Under the pieces are notes generated by a model. It was not told where the DNA came from. It did no database searches and worked only from the letters and a program-made list of their open reading frames with translations. Position numbers and translations under genes: made by a program. Positions 31,135-40,923 of a stretch of DNA of 64,000 bases are shown piece by piece (position 1 is the first letter of the stretch; each line of letters starts with the position of its first letter). This DNA comes from an uncultured Aliarcobacter sp. (GTDB taxonomy: Bacteria > Campylobacterota > Campylobacteria > Campylobacterales > Arcobacteraceae), in the NCBI GenBank assembly GCA_963664305.2, contig CAXXLV010000002.1, positions 128,001-192,000 on the forward strand, in the 5' to 3' direction.

Positions 31135-32196
31135 TTATCTATATTCGATTTTCCCTTGACTTGCAAGTAATGCACCACATAATTGGTATAAAACACGTGA
31201 ACCAACATTTGCATCCCAACCATCAGCACTATCGCCAACTTCACAAAGGTCAAATCCTATGATATTTTTTCCAGCTTTTACAACCATAAAGATTAGGTGT
31301 TCTAACTCTCCATATCTCAATCCTCCGGGAACTGGAGTTCCAGTATTTGGACAGTTTAATGGCTCTAAACCATCAATGTCTATTGATAAATAAATATTTT
31401 GAGGAAGTTGATTTATCAATGGAGCAAAAACATCTTCCAAAGATTTTCCACTAGCTAGTTTGGCTTGCATATGCGTATCATATAAACAGTCACCTTTATG
31501 ACCGTAGTTTATCATTCTAGTTGCTTCTTCATTACTATAATCTCTGATTCCAATTTGAATTAAGTTTGAAACATTTTGACATTCATTCATTACATTGTAA
31601 AAAATTGAAGCATGAGAGTAAGTAAAACCTTCATAAGCTTCTCTTAAATCGTGGTGAGCATCAACATGTAAGATTCCAAATGATTCAGTTTGAGTGTCAT
31701 TTAAAGCTTTGATAAGTCCTAGTGGTGATGAGTGGTCTCCTCCTACAACTGCTACAAATTTCCCTTTTTTTATTTGTTCCATTGATTTTTCATAAACTGA
31801 AGAGTTTAGTGTAGCTGATGCTTCATTTACATATTTTAATGCTTTTTCATTTATGTCACCATTTTCAAGTGCATCAATAACTTTTAAAGCTTTTTTTCTT
31901 GCTTTGTTACTTAGTTTATGTAAACTTTTATCAGTCTCTAACATAGCAATACCAGCAGTATATGGCTTGATATAATGAAAGTTTTCAACATCAAGTTGGT
32001 GGCTTGAAGTTCGTATCGCATCAGGAGCATTTGCAGTTCCCTCACCAAAAGAAACAGTTGCTTCCCAAGGAACTGGAACTAAAACTAAACTAGCTTCTTC
32101 TGGGTCTAATCTTCCACCGATAAATCCATCACCTTCTTGTGGAGGTAATCCTAACTCTAATACTTTTATCTCTTCTTCTAAAGTTCTATATGACAT
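31135..32196 (-). CDS. speB: Agmatinase (ureohydrolase family)
   Basis: GGDHS, DAHHD, YSHAS, SIDID, TGTPVPGGL. Confidence 0.85.
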   Translation of the reverse strand: MSYRTLEEEIKVLELGLPPQEGDGFIGGRLDPEEASLVLVPVPWEATVSFGEGTANAPDAIRTSSHQLDVENFHYIKPYTAGIAMLETDKSLHKLSNKARKKALKVIDALENGDINEKALKYVNEASATLNSSVYEKSMEQIKKGKFVAVVGGDHSSPLGLIKALNDTQTESFGILHVDAHHDLREAYEGFTYSHASIFYNVMNECQNVSNLIQIGIRDYSNEEATRMINYGHKGDCLYDTHMQAKLASGKSLEDVFAPLINQLPQNIYLSIDIDGLEPLNCPNTGTPVPGGLRYGELEHLIFMVVKAGKNIIGFDLCEVGDSADGWDANVGSRVLYQLCGALLASQGKIEYR

Positions 32197-32328
32197 AAAT
32201 TTTCCTAATACAATGTATGATATTTTTTAATTTTTAATTATAGGATAATTAAGGAAATAATAAAGTTAATTTTAATTATAAAAATAAAATTGTGATAATA
32301 TTAAAAGATTAAAATAGAAAGTAGAAAT

Positions 32329-33552
32329 ATGAGTAAATGTAGTTGTAAAGAATGTGATTTAGAAGTTTTTGAAAATAGTGATAAATGTATTTTACATTGT
32401 GAAAAAGATGATTGGAGAGCTAAAATTCCTGATAAAGAACTGGAAAAGATTTTTTCTGAAAAACCAATTCTTTCAGCAGAATATAAAATAAAATTAGAAC
32501 TCTTTTGGAATATATTCAAGCAACAAATTACAGAAGATAAAGTACAAAATTTTAATAATATAATTTTTCCTACAAATGCTGAATTTGAAATAAAGGAGCT
32601 TGAAAATAAGATTTTAAAATTTAATCATTGTAAATTTACTGATGTTTTTTATTTTAATTTTTTGAATAATGTTCAAAGAATCGAGTTTGATGACTGCCAC
32701 TTTTATAAATTTGTAAAGTTTGAAAATATTATTTTTAAAGAAGATTTTCTGTTTCAAAATTCTACTATCTATAAAGATGCAGAACTTCTTTTTAAAGATA
32801 TTAATTTTGATGGAGTAGTATCTTTTATAAAATCAACGGTTGAAACAGACTTCACATTTTCACAAGTTAGATTTAATGATATGGCTTTGTTTAATAATAC
32901 AATAATTGGAAATTTATTTTTTCAAAATACTTTTTTTAGAAAAGAATCAAATTTTTTGGATATAAAACTTTCAAATGTTGGAAGTAGGGAAACAGCAAGA
33001 ATAATAAAAGATTCATTTGAAAAGGAAAATAATATTATTGAAGCAAATAAATTTTATGCTTTAGAGATGAAAGAAAGAGAAAAAGAGTTAAGTCCTAAAA
33101 AAGATTTTTTTGAATGGTTAGTTTTTAAAATTCATGGCTTATCTTCAAATCATTCTCAAGATTGGACTTTAGCTTTATTTTGGATTATTAATCTAACATT
33201 TTTTTATTCATATTTGAATACTCAACCAAATGATAAAATATTAGTATTTAAAATTATATTTTCATTTATAGCTATTTTAATTATAGCTTGTATGACAATA
33301 AAAATACCAGAAGAAAACAAAGAAAAACGCTGGCTTACAACTATTCCCACGACAATAGTATGTTATGTTTTTTATGGATACTTAGTTGAAACTGATTGGG
33401 AACTATCAGAATTTTCAAAAAACTTAAATCCTTTTTCAATTATGAGAGGTGATGAACCAATAACATTAGGAACTTTGATTTTCAAAATTATCATTGCATA
33501 TCTAATCTATCAATTGATTATTTCTATTCGTCAAAACACAAGAAGAAAATAG
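32329..33552 (+). CDS. Pentapeptide-like repeat membrane protein of unknown function
   Basis: N-terminal CxCxxC...CILHC, Phe/Asn-rich periodic repeats (F.D.HF, F.NS.I, F.NT.F), C-terminal hydrophobic helices. Confidence 0.7.
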   Translation: MSKCSCKECDLEVFENSDKCILHCEKDDWRAKIPDKELEKIFSEKPILSAEYKIKLELFWNIFKQQITEDKVQNFNNIIFPTNAEFEIKELENKILKFNHCKFTDVFYFNFLNNVQRIEFDDCHFYKFVKFENIIFKEDFLFQNSTIYKDAELLFKDINFDGVVSFIKSTVETDFTFSQVRFNDMALFNNTIIGNLFFQNTFFRKESNFLDIKLSNVGSRETARIIKDSFEKENNIIEANKFYALEMKEREKELSPKKDFFEWLVFKIHGLSSNHSQDWTLALFWIINLTFFYSYLNTQPNDKILVFKIIFSFIAILIIACMTIKIPEENKEKRWLTTIPTTIVCYVFYGYLVETDWELSEFSKNLNPFSIMRGDEPITLGTLIFKIIIAYLIYQLIISIRQNTRRK

Positions 33553-33639
33553 ATGATAATAAAATCTTTCAAAATGAGATATATTTTATTTGAAAAACTA
33601 TTTTATACTACAATAAAATAAATTTTAAAAGGAAAAAAG

Positions 33640-33963
33640 ATGTTTGGAGTAATATTTGAAGTTGAGATAAAAGAAGATAAAAAAAATGAATATTTAAATA
33701 TAGCAGCTATTTTAAAAGAACAGTTAGTAAAAGAAGAGGGATTTATATCTATTGAAAGGTTTCAATCATTGGTAAATGAAAATAAACTTTTATCTTTATC
33801 TTTTTGGGAAGATGAGAAATCTATTTTAAATTGGAAGAAAAATCTTGACCATTTTGCTGCACAAAAAAAAGGTAGAGAGTCGATATTTGAAGATTATAGA
33901 ATACGAGTTGTTGAAGTAAAAAGAGATTATACTTTAGAATCTAGTGATTTTAAGTCAAATTAG
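33640..33963 (+). CDS. Antibiotic biosynthesis monooxygenase (ABM) family protein
   Basis: VIFEV, GFISIERFQS, LSLSFWEDE, H..AQ.KGR..F.DY.IRV. Confidence 0.9.
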   Translation: MFGVIFEVEIKEDKKNEYLNIAAILKEQLVKEEGFISIERFQSLVNENKLLSLSFWEDEKSILNWKKNLDHFAAQKKGRESIFEDYRIRVVEVKRDYTLESSDFKSN

Positions 33964-33969
33964 AAGAAA

Positions 33970-35055
33970 ATGGCAGAACTTTTAAAAAATTTATATTCAA
34001 AAGAGTTTATTGATAAATTAGCAAATAAACTATTTTTAACTTATCCAGATTTTAAAAAAGAAGATTTTATAAACTCTATTTTTGATAATACTTGGCAAGA
34101 TTTAGAACTAAAAGCTAGGATGAGACATATAGCTTTTACTTTAAATAAATTTTTATCTTTTTCATATAAAGAACAACTTGAAATTCTAAAAAAAGTAAAA
34201 GAAGATTTTGGTGGACTTGAAGCTATGATTTTTCAAGATTTTGTTGAGGTTTTTGGTCTTGATGATTTAACAGAGTCCTTAAAAGCTTTAGAAATTTTCA
34301 CTATAAATTCAAGTAGTGAGTTTGCAATTAGACAGTTTATTTTGAAATATGAAAATGAAACTATGGAGCAAATGAAGATTTGGACAAAATCACAAAATGA
34401 ACATATAAGAAGATTAGCAACTGAAGGATGTCGTCCAAGACTTCCTTGGGCAGTTGCTTTACCAAAATTTAAACAAAATCCTACAAAAGTTTTGGAAATA
34501 ATAGAACTTCTAAAAAATGATTCTTCTAAATATGTTCAAAAATCTGTTGCAAATAATCTAAATGATATTTCAAAAGATAATCCAGATTTAGTTATAAAAT
34601 TTGTGGAAGAAAATCTAGGAGTTTCAAAAGAACTTGATTGGATTTGTAAACATGGAAGTAGAACATTATTAAAAAAGGCAGATAAAAACATTTTAAAACT
34701 TTTTTCATTTGAGAAATCAAATCACATAAATATCATAGATTTTTGTTACGATAAAACTCTGAATTTAGGAGATGATTTTACTCTTTCTTTTGAAGTGAAA
34801 TCTGATGAAATATTAGGCAATATAAGAGTTGAATATGTTATTCATTATCTAAAATCAAATAATAGTCATTCAAAAAAAGTTTTTATGGTAAGTCAAAATG
34901 AGATAAAATCAACTTCTAAAAGATTTATCAAAAAACATAAGTTTAAAGATATGACAACTAGAAAACATTATGCGGGAAAACATTATATATCTTTGATGAT
35001 AAATGGTGAAGAATTTTTAAAAGAGGAGTTTTTCTTAAATGACACCAGCAATTAA
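33970..35055 (+). CDS. HEAT-like-repeat DNA alkylation repair glycosylase, AlkC-type with C-terminal Ig-like domain
   Basis: SSEFAIRQF, RRLATEGCRPRLPW, YVQKSVANNLNDISK, TTRKHYAG.H. Confidence 0.85.
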   Translation: MAELLKNLYSKEFIDKLANKLFLTYPDFKKEDFINSIFDNTWQDLELKARMRHIAFTLNKFLSFSYKEQLEILKKVKEDFGGLEAMIFQDFVEVFGLDDLTESLKALEIFTINSSSEFAIRQFILKYENETMEQMKIWTKSQNEHIRRLATEGCRPRLPWAVALPKFKQNPTKVLEIIELLKNDSSKYVQKSVANNLNDISKDNPDLVIKFVEENLGVSKELDWICKHGSRTLLKKADKNILKLFSFEKSNHINIIDFCYDKTLNLGDDFTLSFEVKSDEILGNIRVEYVIHYLKSNNSHSKKVFMVSQNEIKSTSKRFIKKHKFKDMTTRKHYAGKHYISLMINGEEFLKEEFFLNDTSN

Positions 35056-35506
35056 TTTGCTTAAAAAAAATAAGTGTGATTTTAAAATACACAAATATGA
35101 CCATGACCCAGAATGTACAAATTTTGGTGAAGAGGCTGCGGAAAAGTTAGGTTTAGATGAAAATCAAGTTTATAAAACTTTACTTGTTGAATTAGCACCA
35201 AAAGAATTGGTAGTTTGTGTATTACCTGTTGCAAATCAGTTGAGTTTGAAAGAGGTTGCAACTACTTTTGATGTTAAAAAAGCTGTTATGGCAAATAAAG
35301 ATGAAGCACAAAAAGTAACAGGTTATTTACTTGGAGGAATTTCTCCATTGGGGCAAAAAAAGCAATTAAGAACTGTACTTGATGAAAGTGTAAATAAGTT
35401 CAAAACTATTTTTATAAGTGGTGGTAAAAGAGGACTTGATATAGAGGTTATGCCAAAAGATTTACAAAATTTATTAAAAGCAAAAATAGCAAAAATTGCT
35501 TGTTAA
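35039..35506 (+). CDS. ybaK: Cys-tRNA(Pro) deacylase
   Basis: MTPAI, VYKTLL, TGYLLGGISPLGQK, SGGKRG. Confidence 0.93.
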   Translation: MTPAINLLKKNKCDFKIHKYDHDPECTNFGEEAAEKLGLDENQVYKTLLVELAPKELVVCVLPVANQLSLKEVATTFDVKKAVMANKDEAQKVTGYLLGGISPLGQKKQLRTVLDESVNKFKTIFISGGKRGLDIEVMPKDLQNLLKAKIAKIAC

Positions 35507-35592
35507 TTATATTTAGATAATAATTATTTTTTAACAAAAATTTAAGATATAAAAGGTAGTATCATATATAAAATCATTTTAAGGACTTATAT

Positions 35593-38500
35593 ATGGCTAC
35601 ACCTGATATTAATGCAATTTGTTCACAAATCTTAACATCTGATGATTTAATGGTTGAAGAAGAACTTTTTCAACAAGTTCTAAAAGATAAGATAGTAACT
35701 AAACTTTTAGATAATAAAGGTTTAAAATATATTAAAATTTTTTCAAAAGAACAACTTTTTTTATCTTATATAACTCCCCTTTTACATAATATTGGTTTTG
35801 AAATAATTGATGAAGTAACATATAATGTTATGAATAAAAAAGAGATGATTTATATCTCAAGATTTAATCTACACAATCCAAATTTAGAAAAAATAAATGT
35901 TGCAAAAAATAATATTGAAGATATTATTACTTATACTTTAAAAGATTGCACAGTAAAACACTCAAAAGCTTTTTCTTTAGTATATGAAGAGAATTTAAAT
36001 TTTAAAAAAATAAATATCTTAAGAGCTTTTATCGAATATATTGGGCAAGCTGTATTAACTATCAATACAGGAGCGATTTTAAATACCCTAACAGTTCATC
36101 ATGAAATTACTGCACTTTTTGTTGATTATTTTTTAACTAAATTTGACCCAAAAATAAAAGATAGGGAAAGTTTACTTGAAAAAATTGAAGAAAAAATAAA
36201 AGAAAAAATAAAACTTGTACCTCAGATTTTAGATGACAGAATTTTAAATATTATGATGACATTCTTAAAATCATTGTTAAGAACAAATTATTTTTTAAAT
36301 AAAGAGACTTTATCTTTTAAAATTGATACTAAAAACTTTTCAAAAGATTTAAAAGGTTTACAACCAAATATTGAAAATTTCATCTATCATAGTGATTTTT
36401 ATGGAGTTCACTTGCGAATGACAAAAGTTTCAAGAGGAGGTCTTAGATGGTCTGATAGACATGATGACTATAGACAAGAGATAAAATCATTGATGATTAC
36501 ACAAGAAGGTAAAAACTCTATAATTATTCCTGATGGAGCAAAAGGTGGTTTTGTAATAAACAAAGATTCTAGTGAAGTTTCAAAAGAATATTTTAAAGAA
36601 ATTTATTCATTATTTATAAATGCAAATCTTGACTTAGTAGATAATATGATAGATGGAAAAGTTGTAAAAAATCCTGAAATGGTTTGTTATGATGAAGATG
36701 ACGCATACTTTGTTGTTGCTGCTGATAAAGGAACTGCTGCTATGAGTGATGTGGCAAATGAAATAGCAAAACAAAGAAATTTTTGGTTAGGTGATGCCTT
36801 TGCTAGTGGTGGAAGTAATGGTTTTGGACATAAAGATTTAGGAATCACTGCACGAGGTGCTATGGTTTCAACTCAAAGATTTTTCATAGAAGAGGGAATA
36901 AATATTCACGAGGATGAAATTACTGTTGTTGGTATTGGTTCTATGAGTGGTGATGTTTTTGGAAATGGTATGATGGTATCTGAAAAGTTTAAACTTCTTG
37001 GTGCTATTTCTCAAAAAGAGATTTTTATTGACCCAAATCCAAACGTTGAAGTTGCATATAAAGAGAGAAAAAGGCTTTTTGAATCAAGAGATGGTGGTTG
37101 GGCAAATTATGATTTATCACTTATTTCAAAAGGTGGTGGTGTTTTTAAAAGAAGTGATAAACAAATAGAGTTAAGTAATGAAATTCAAAAATTGATTAAG
37201 ACTTCAAAAAGAACAATCTCTGGAGAAGAGTTATGTAGAAAACTTTTAACATTAGATGTGGATTTACTTTTTAATGGAGGAGTTGGAACTTACGTAAAAG
37301 CAAGTGATGAAAACAATCTTGATTTAGGTGACAAACAAAATGAAGCCGTAAGAGTAGATGCAAGTGATTTAAAAGCAAGAATTGTATGTGAAGGTGGAAA
37401 TTTAGGCTTTACACAAAAAGCAAGAATTGAATATGCTTTAAATGGTGGAAGAATTAATCAAGATGCGATTGATAATGCAGGTGGAGTTAATACATCTGAC
37501 CATGAAGTAAATTTAAAAATTTTATTAAATATCATAAAAAATCAAGGGATATTAAATGAAAAACAGGCAAATGAAACTCTACATTCTTTAACAGAACAAG
37601 TAGTTCAACTTGTTCTAAAAAGTAATTATGACCAAGCTTGTGTAATCTCAATAGATGAACAATTTTCAAGAAAATATCCAAATGATTACATAAAATCTAT
37701 AGAGGTTTTAGAAAATAATGTAGAAGCCTTTAATAGAAGAGATTTTTATATACCTAAAAATGAAAATCTAAGTGATATTATAGATATAAATGGTTCAATT
37801 GTAAGACCTGTTTTAGGCTCTCTTTTATCATATAGTAAAATCTTTATCAAAAAAATCATACTTGATTCATCATTGGTTGATGAACAGTTTTCTTTACAAT
37901 ATCTATTTAGATATTTCCCTCAATCATTTGTAGGAGCTTATGAACAACAAATTGTAAATCATCCTCTAAAAAGAGAGATTATTGCTACGATGATGGCAGA
38001 TATTGTTATAAATCATCAAGGAATAACTTTCCTTTCAGATTTTGCAAAACTTGGAAATGAGAAATTTTTATTAAAAATAAAATCATATTTAGTTGCAAAA
38101 CTTTTATTTGGTTCAAGAGAAATTAGAGAAAAAATTTATGCTCAAGATTCAAAAATGAGTGTAGAACAACAATACAAACTAATAAATAAATTAGAATATA
38201 TTTTATATGCAAGTACAAAATGGATGGTGAAATATCTTCAAAAAAATCAATTAGATTCAGTTCATATTTTAGACCATAAAGCCGAACTTTTTGCATTACT
38301 TTCTGAAGTTCACAAACAAAAAGTAGAGATATTAATCGAAAATGATGATGAATTTAATAAATTCTATAGTGTAATTGATTATTTAAGATTTGCAATTGCT
38401 GCAATTATTATAAAAGAAAACACTCCTCACTCATTTAAAGATGTGATAGTTTTATTTTATTCATTAATCCATGAATTTAATATATTAGAAATAATTGTTG

Positions 38501-38778
38501 AGTTAAATAGAGTAACAATAATAAATTCAACAGATATGGCTTTAAGAAATCAGATTTTACAATTTATTGAATATATTGTAGTACACTATACAAAGAAGAT
38601 TTTAGAGTTTCAAAGGGTAAATGAAGCCCCAGATTTAGCTTTTTCAAACTATATTGCAAATGAAAAAGATAAGTTTTATAAAATAAGAGACCATTTAGAT
38701 GTGTTTATGGTAAAAGATAATAAAGATATTAAAGATATAGCTATTACTGTAAATCAATTAATGGTTTCATTAATATAA
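35593..38778 (+). CDS. NAD-specific glutamate dehydrogenase (large GdhB-type, shortened form)
   Basis: GVHLR..VSRGGLRWSDR, VVAADKGTA.MSD, AFASGGS, GIGSMSGDVFGNG, EGGNLG, DNAGGV.SD.EVN.KI. Confidence 0.93.
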   Translation: MATPDINAICSQILTSDDLMVEEELFQQVLKDKIVTKLLDNKGLKYIKIFSKEQLFLSYITPLLHNIGFEIIDEVTYNVMNKKEMIYISRFNLHNPNLEKINVAKNNIEDIITYTLKDCTVKHSKAFSLVYEENLNFKKINILRAFIEYIGQAVLTINTGAILNTLTVHHEITALFVDYFLTKFDPKIKDRESLLEKIEEKIKEKIKLVPQILDDRILNIMMTFLKSLLRTNYFLNKETLSFKIDTKNFSKDLKGLQPNIENFIYHSDFYGVHLRMTKVSRGGLRWSDRHDDYRQEIKSLMITQEGKNSIIIPDGAKGGFVINKDSSEVSKEYFKEIYSLFINANLDLVDNMIDGKVVKNPEMVCYDEDDAYFVVAADKGTAAMSDVANEIAKQRNFWLGDAFASGGSNGFGHKDLGITARGAMVSTQRFFIEEGINIHEDEITVVGIGSMSGDVFGNGMMVSEKFKLLGAISQKEIFIDPNPNVEVAYKERKRLFESRDGGWANYDLSLISKGGGVFKRSDKQIELSNEIQKLIKTSKRTISGEELCRKLLTLDVDLLFNGGVGTYVKASDENNLDLGDKQNEAVRVDASDLKARIVCEGGNLGFTQKARIEYALNGGRINQDAIDNAGGVNTSDHEVNLKILLNIIKNQGILNEKQANETLHSLTEQVVQLVLKSNYDQACVISIDEQFSRKYPNDYIKSIEVLENNVEAFNRRDFYIPKNENLSDIIDINGSIVRPVLGSLLSYSKIFIKKIILDSSLVDEQFSLQYLFRYFPQSFVGAYEQQIVNHPLKREIIATMMADIVINHQGITFLSDFAKLGNEKFLLKIKSYLVAKLLFGSREIREKIYAQDSKMSVEQQYKLINKLEYILYASTKWMVKYLQKNQLDSVHILDHKAELFALLSEVHKQKVEILIENDDEFNKFYSVIDYLRFAIAAIIIKENTPHSFKDVIVLFYSLIHEFNILEIIVELNRVTIINSTDMALRNQILQFIEYIVVHYTKKILEFQRVNEAPDLAFSNYIANEKDKFYKIRDHLDVFMVKDNKDIKDIAITVNQLMVSLI

Positions 38779-38847
38779 TTATATCTTATAATTAGTATAT
38801 AAAGATTTTATTAGATATACTTATGAAAATATTATAAAGGAGTTATT

Positions 38848-39054
38848 ATGAGTAAATTAAATAATGGTGAACCAAGTTTAGATAAAATTGATGATTATAA
38901 TGGAAATGAATCAAAACAAAAAAGAAATACAGTAAGAGTTGTGATTATTTTTTGTTTAGTTGTTGGGGCTTTAGTTGCTTATTTTAAAGCTACTTCTGTA
39001 CCAGATGATTACATAGGTTCAAAAGAACAACCAGGAATTTCAACTACAAAATAA
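38848..39054 (+). CDS. Small single-TM hypothetical protein
   Basis: AAGGAG SD; 68 aa with TM VVIIFCLVVGALVAYF. Confidence 0.75.
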   Translation: MSKLNNGEPSLDKIDDYNGNESKQKRNTVRVVIIFCLVVGALVAYFKATSVPDDYIGSKEQPGISTTK

Positions 39055-39114
39055 TTTTTAAGTTAGGTTGCTATATACTGCTGAAATTTTTATATAAATC
39101 ATAGAGGAAAAATA

Positions 39115-39597
39115 ATGAAAAAAAGATATTTAGCTATTTCATTAGTAGCTGGTTTTATTACTTTACTAAATGCAAATGACTTTGATACAAAAGTTTCAGT
39201 AGGTGCAACTTCTGCAAAACTTGATGGAGAAACTTATACTCAATATGGTTTAGGATATACAGCAAATACAACTTTAAATAATGGAATTATTTTAGGTTTT
39301 GGTAATAGTGCTTATTATGGAAATGTAACAAGTGGAAAAGAAGTTACAACACTTGATTTAGATTTAAGAGCTGGATATGAAATTTATCGTGATTTAACAG
39401 CTTTTGCAATTGGAACAGGTGTTTATCAATATTATGATGATAGTTCTGCAACAGGTGTTGGTTATGGTGGTTCTTTAGAATATAAAATCACTCAAAATGT
39501 ATATGTTGAGGGAACTTATAAAACAACAAATATGAGATATTCAACAAATGACTATGATTATAGTTCATCAAATGTTGCTGTAAAGTTCAACTATTAA
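39115..39597 (+). CDS. Small outer-membrane beta-barrel protein
   Basis: Signal peptide, alternating Tyr/Gly beta-strands, C-terminal aromatic beta-signal (VAVKFNY). Confidence 0.8.
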   Translation: MKKRYLAISLVAGFITLLNANDFDTKVSVGATSAKLDGETYTQYGLGYTANTTLNNGIILGFGNSAYYGNVTSGKEVTTLDLDLRAGYEIYRDLTAFAIGTGVYQYYDDSSATGVGYGGSLEYKITQNVYVEGTYKTTNMRYSTNDYDYSSSNVAVKFNY

Positions 39598-39609
39598 TAG
39601 TTGAACTTT
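39582..39609 (+). terminator. Perfect 28-bp palindrome centred on the OMP stop codon
   Basis: AAAGTTCAACTATT/AATAGTTGAACTTT followed by a T-run. Confidence 0.65.
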
Positions 39610-39616
39610 TTTTAAG

Positions 39617-40918
39617 ATGTTAATTTCTCTAAATCAATACCATCAAAATACTAAACACTCTTATCTCTCAGTTAGAAATAATTCAAATCAAGTTGATTGG
39701 AACAATCCTCCAAATAGATTCAAAAACTATCCAGATAGTTATAAACGAATTCATTTAGATTCTAAAAATACAAACAATAATTTTTTATATTTAATCGCAG
39801 GAATAACAGCAAAAAAAACATATCCTGGAATAGAATATTATTTAAGAGTAAATCCAAGTGCTGGAGCACTTTATCCAAATGAACTATATTTTCAAGTAAG
39901 AAATGTAGAAGGATTTGAAAATGGAATTTATCATTTTGAAGTTTCAAGTTCAAGTGTTGTTTTATTAAAAAAATTAGAGTCTGATGAAGGAATAGAAAAT
40001 ATTTTAGGTTTAGATTTTAGTATAGATGGTTTTGTCTTTTTAATCTCATCTTTATATTTTCGTTCATCTTGGAAGTATAAAAAAAGAGCTTTTAGATATT
40101 GTTTATTAGATGCTGGACATCTAATAGGAAGTATTGAGGCAAGTTCATATCTATTTGATAAAGAGTTTGAAATTTTATATGATTTTTCAAAACAAAAATT
40201 AAATGAATTCTTTTGTTTTGATGAAAAAGAATTTTTTACATCAGTTTGTTTAGTTGGAACAAAAAAAGATGATAAAAAAAATGTTTTTTCTTTAACTCTT
40301 CCCACTCTTGATGGAAGTTCATATGAGGAAGGAAAACTCTCTTTTTTTGTAAAAAATGAATTAATCGAAAAAGTTTATGAAGAGACACTTGAAATAAAAG
40401 ATAAAAAAATTGAAACAAAAAAAACAAATTTTAATTTTCAAAAACAAAGATTTCAAGATGTGATTTTTAAAAGAAGGTCTATTCGAGAGTTTACAAAACA
40501 AAGTATTTCAAAACTACAATTTGAAGCAATACTAAATGTATTAAATCAACCAATAACTAGTGATTGCGATGAAGAGGTTGATATCTTTTATACGATAAAT
40601 AGAGTTGAAGGTTTAGAAATAGGACTTTATAAAAATGGAAAATTTTTAAAAAATGGAGATTTTTCATCAAAAGCTGGATATTTATGTTTAGAGCAAGATT
40701 TAGGGAAATCAAGTGCTGTTACATTTTTTTTAGCAACAAAAAGTAAAAACTATCAAGAAGCTTATCAAAAGGCTGGAATTATTGGACATAGATTATATCT
40801 TGCTTCAAACTATTTAGATATTGGTTGTAGTGGAATAGGGGCTTATTATGATGATGAAGTTTGTGAATTTTTAGAAGAGCAAACTATGATTTTATATGCT
40901 TTGGCTATTGGAAACTAA
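39617..40918 (+). CDS. SagB/ThcOx-like double nitroreductase-domain protein
   Basis: RVNPSAGALYP, RYCLLDAGH, RRSIREF, GCSGIGAYYDD. Confidence 0.88.
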   Translation: MLISLNQYHQNTKHSYLSVRNNSNQVDWNNPPNRFKNYPDSYKRIHLDSKNTNNNFLYLIAGITAKKTYPGIEYYLRVNPSAGALYPNELYFQVRNVEGFENGIYHFEVSSSSVVLLKKLESDEGIENILGLDFSIDGFVFLISSLYFRSSWKYKKRAFRYCLLDAGHLIGSIEASSYLFDKEFEILYDFSKQKLNEFFCFDEKEFFTSVCLVGTKKDDKKNVFSLTLPTLDGSSYEEGKLSFFVKNELIEKVYEETLEIKDKKIETKKTNFNFQKQRFQDVIFKRRSIREFTKQSISKLQFEAILNVLNQPITSDCDEEVDIFYTINRVEGLEIGLYKNGKFLKNGDFSSKAGYLCLEQDLGKSSAVTFFLATKSKNYQEAYQKAGIIGHRLYLASNYLDIGCSGIGAYYDDEVCEFLEEQTMILYALAIGN

Positions 40919-40923
40919 GTCTC

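Noticed and set aside
31191..31203. CACGTG-centred sequence as a parS site
   Set aside because: The flanks do not match TGTTTCACGTGAAACA and it is not palindromic beyond the core.
35511..35535. Fur-box-like GATAAT strings here and near 32293 and 33555
   Set aside because: Only half-sites in very AT-rich DNA; not distinguishable from chance.
38848..40918. SagB-like dehydrogenase plus a nearby 68-aa ORF as a RiPP (azole) cluster
   Set aside because: No YcaO/E1 cyclodehydratase, transporter or protease; the small ORF is a TM protein without a Cys/Ser/Thr-rich core.
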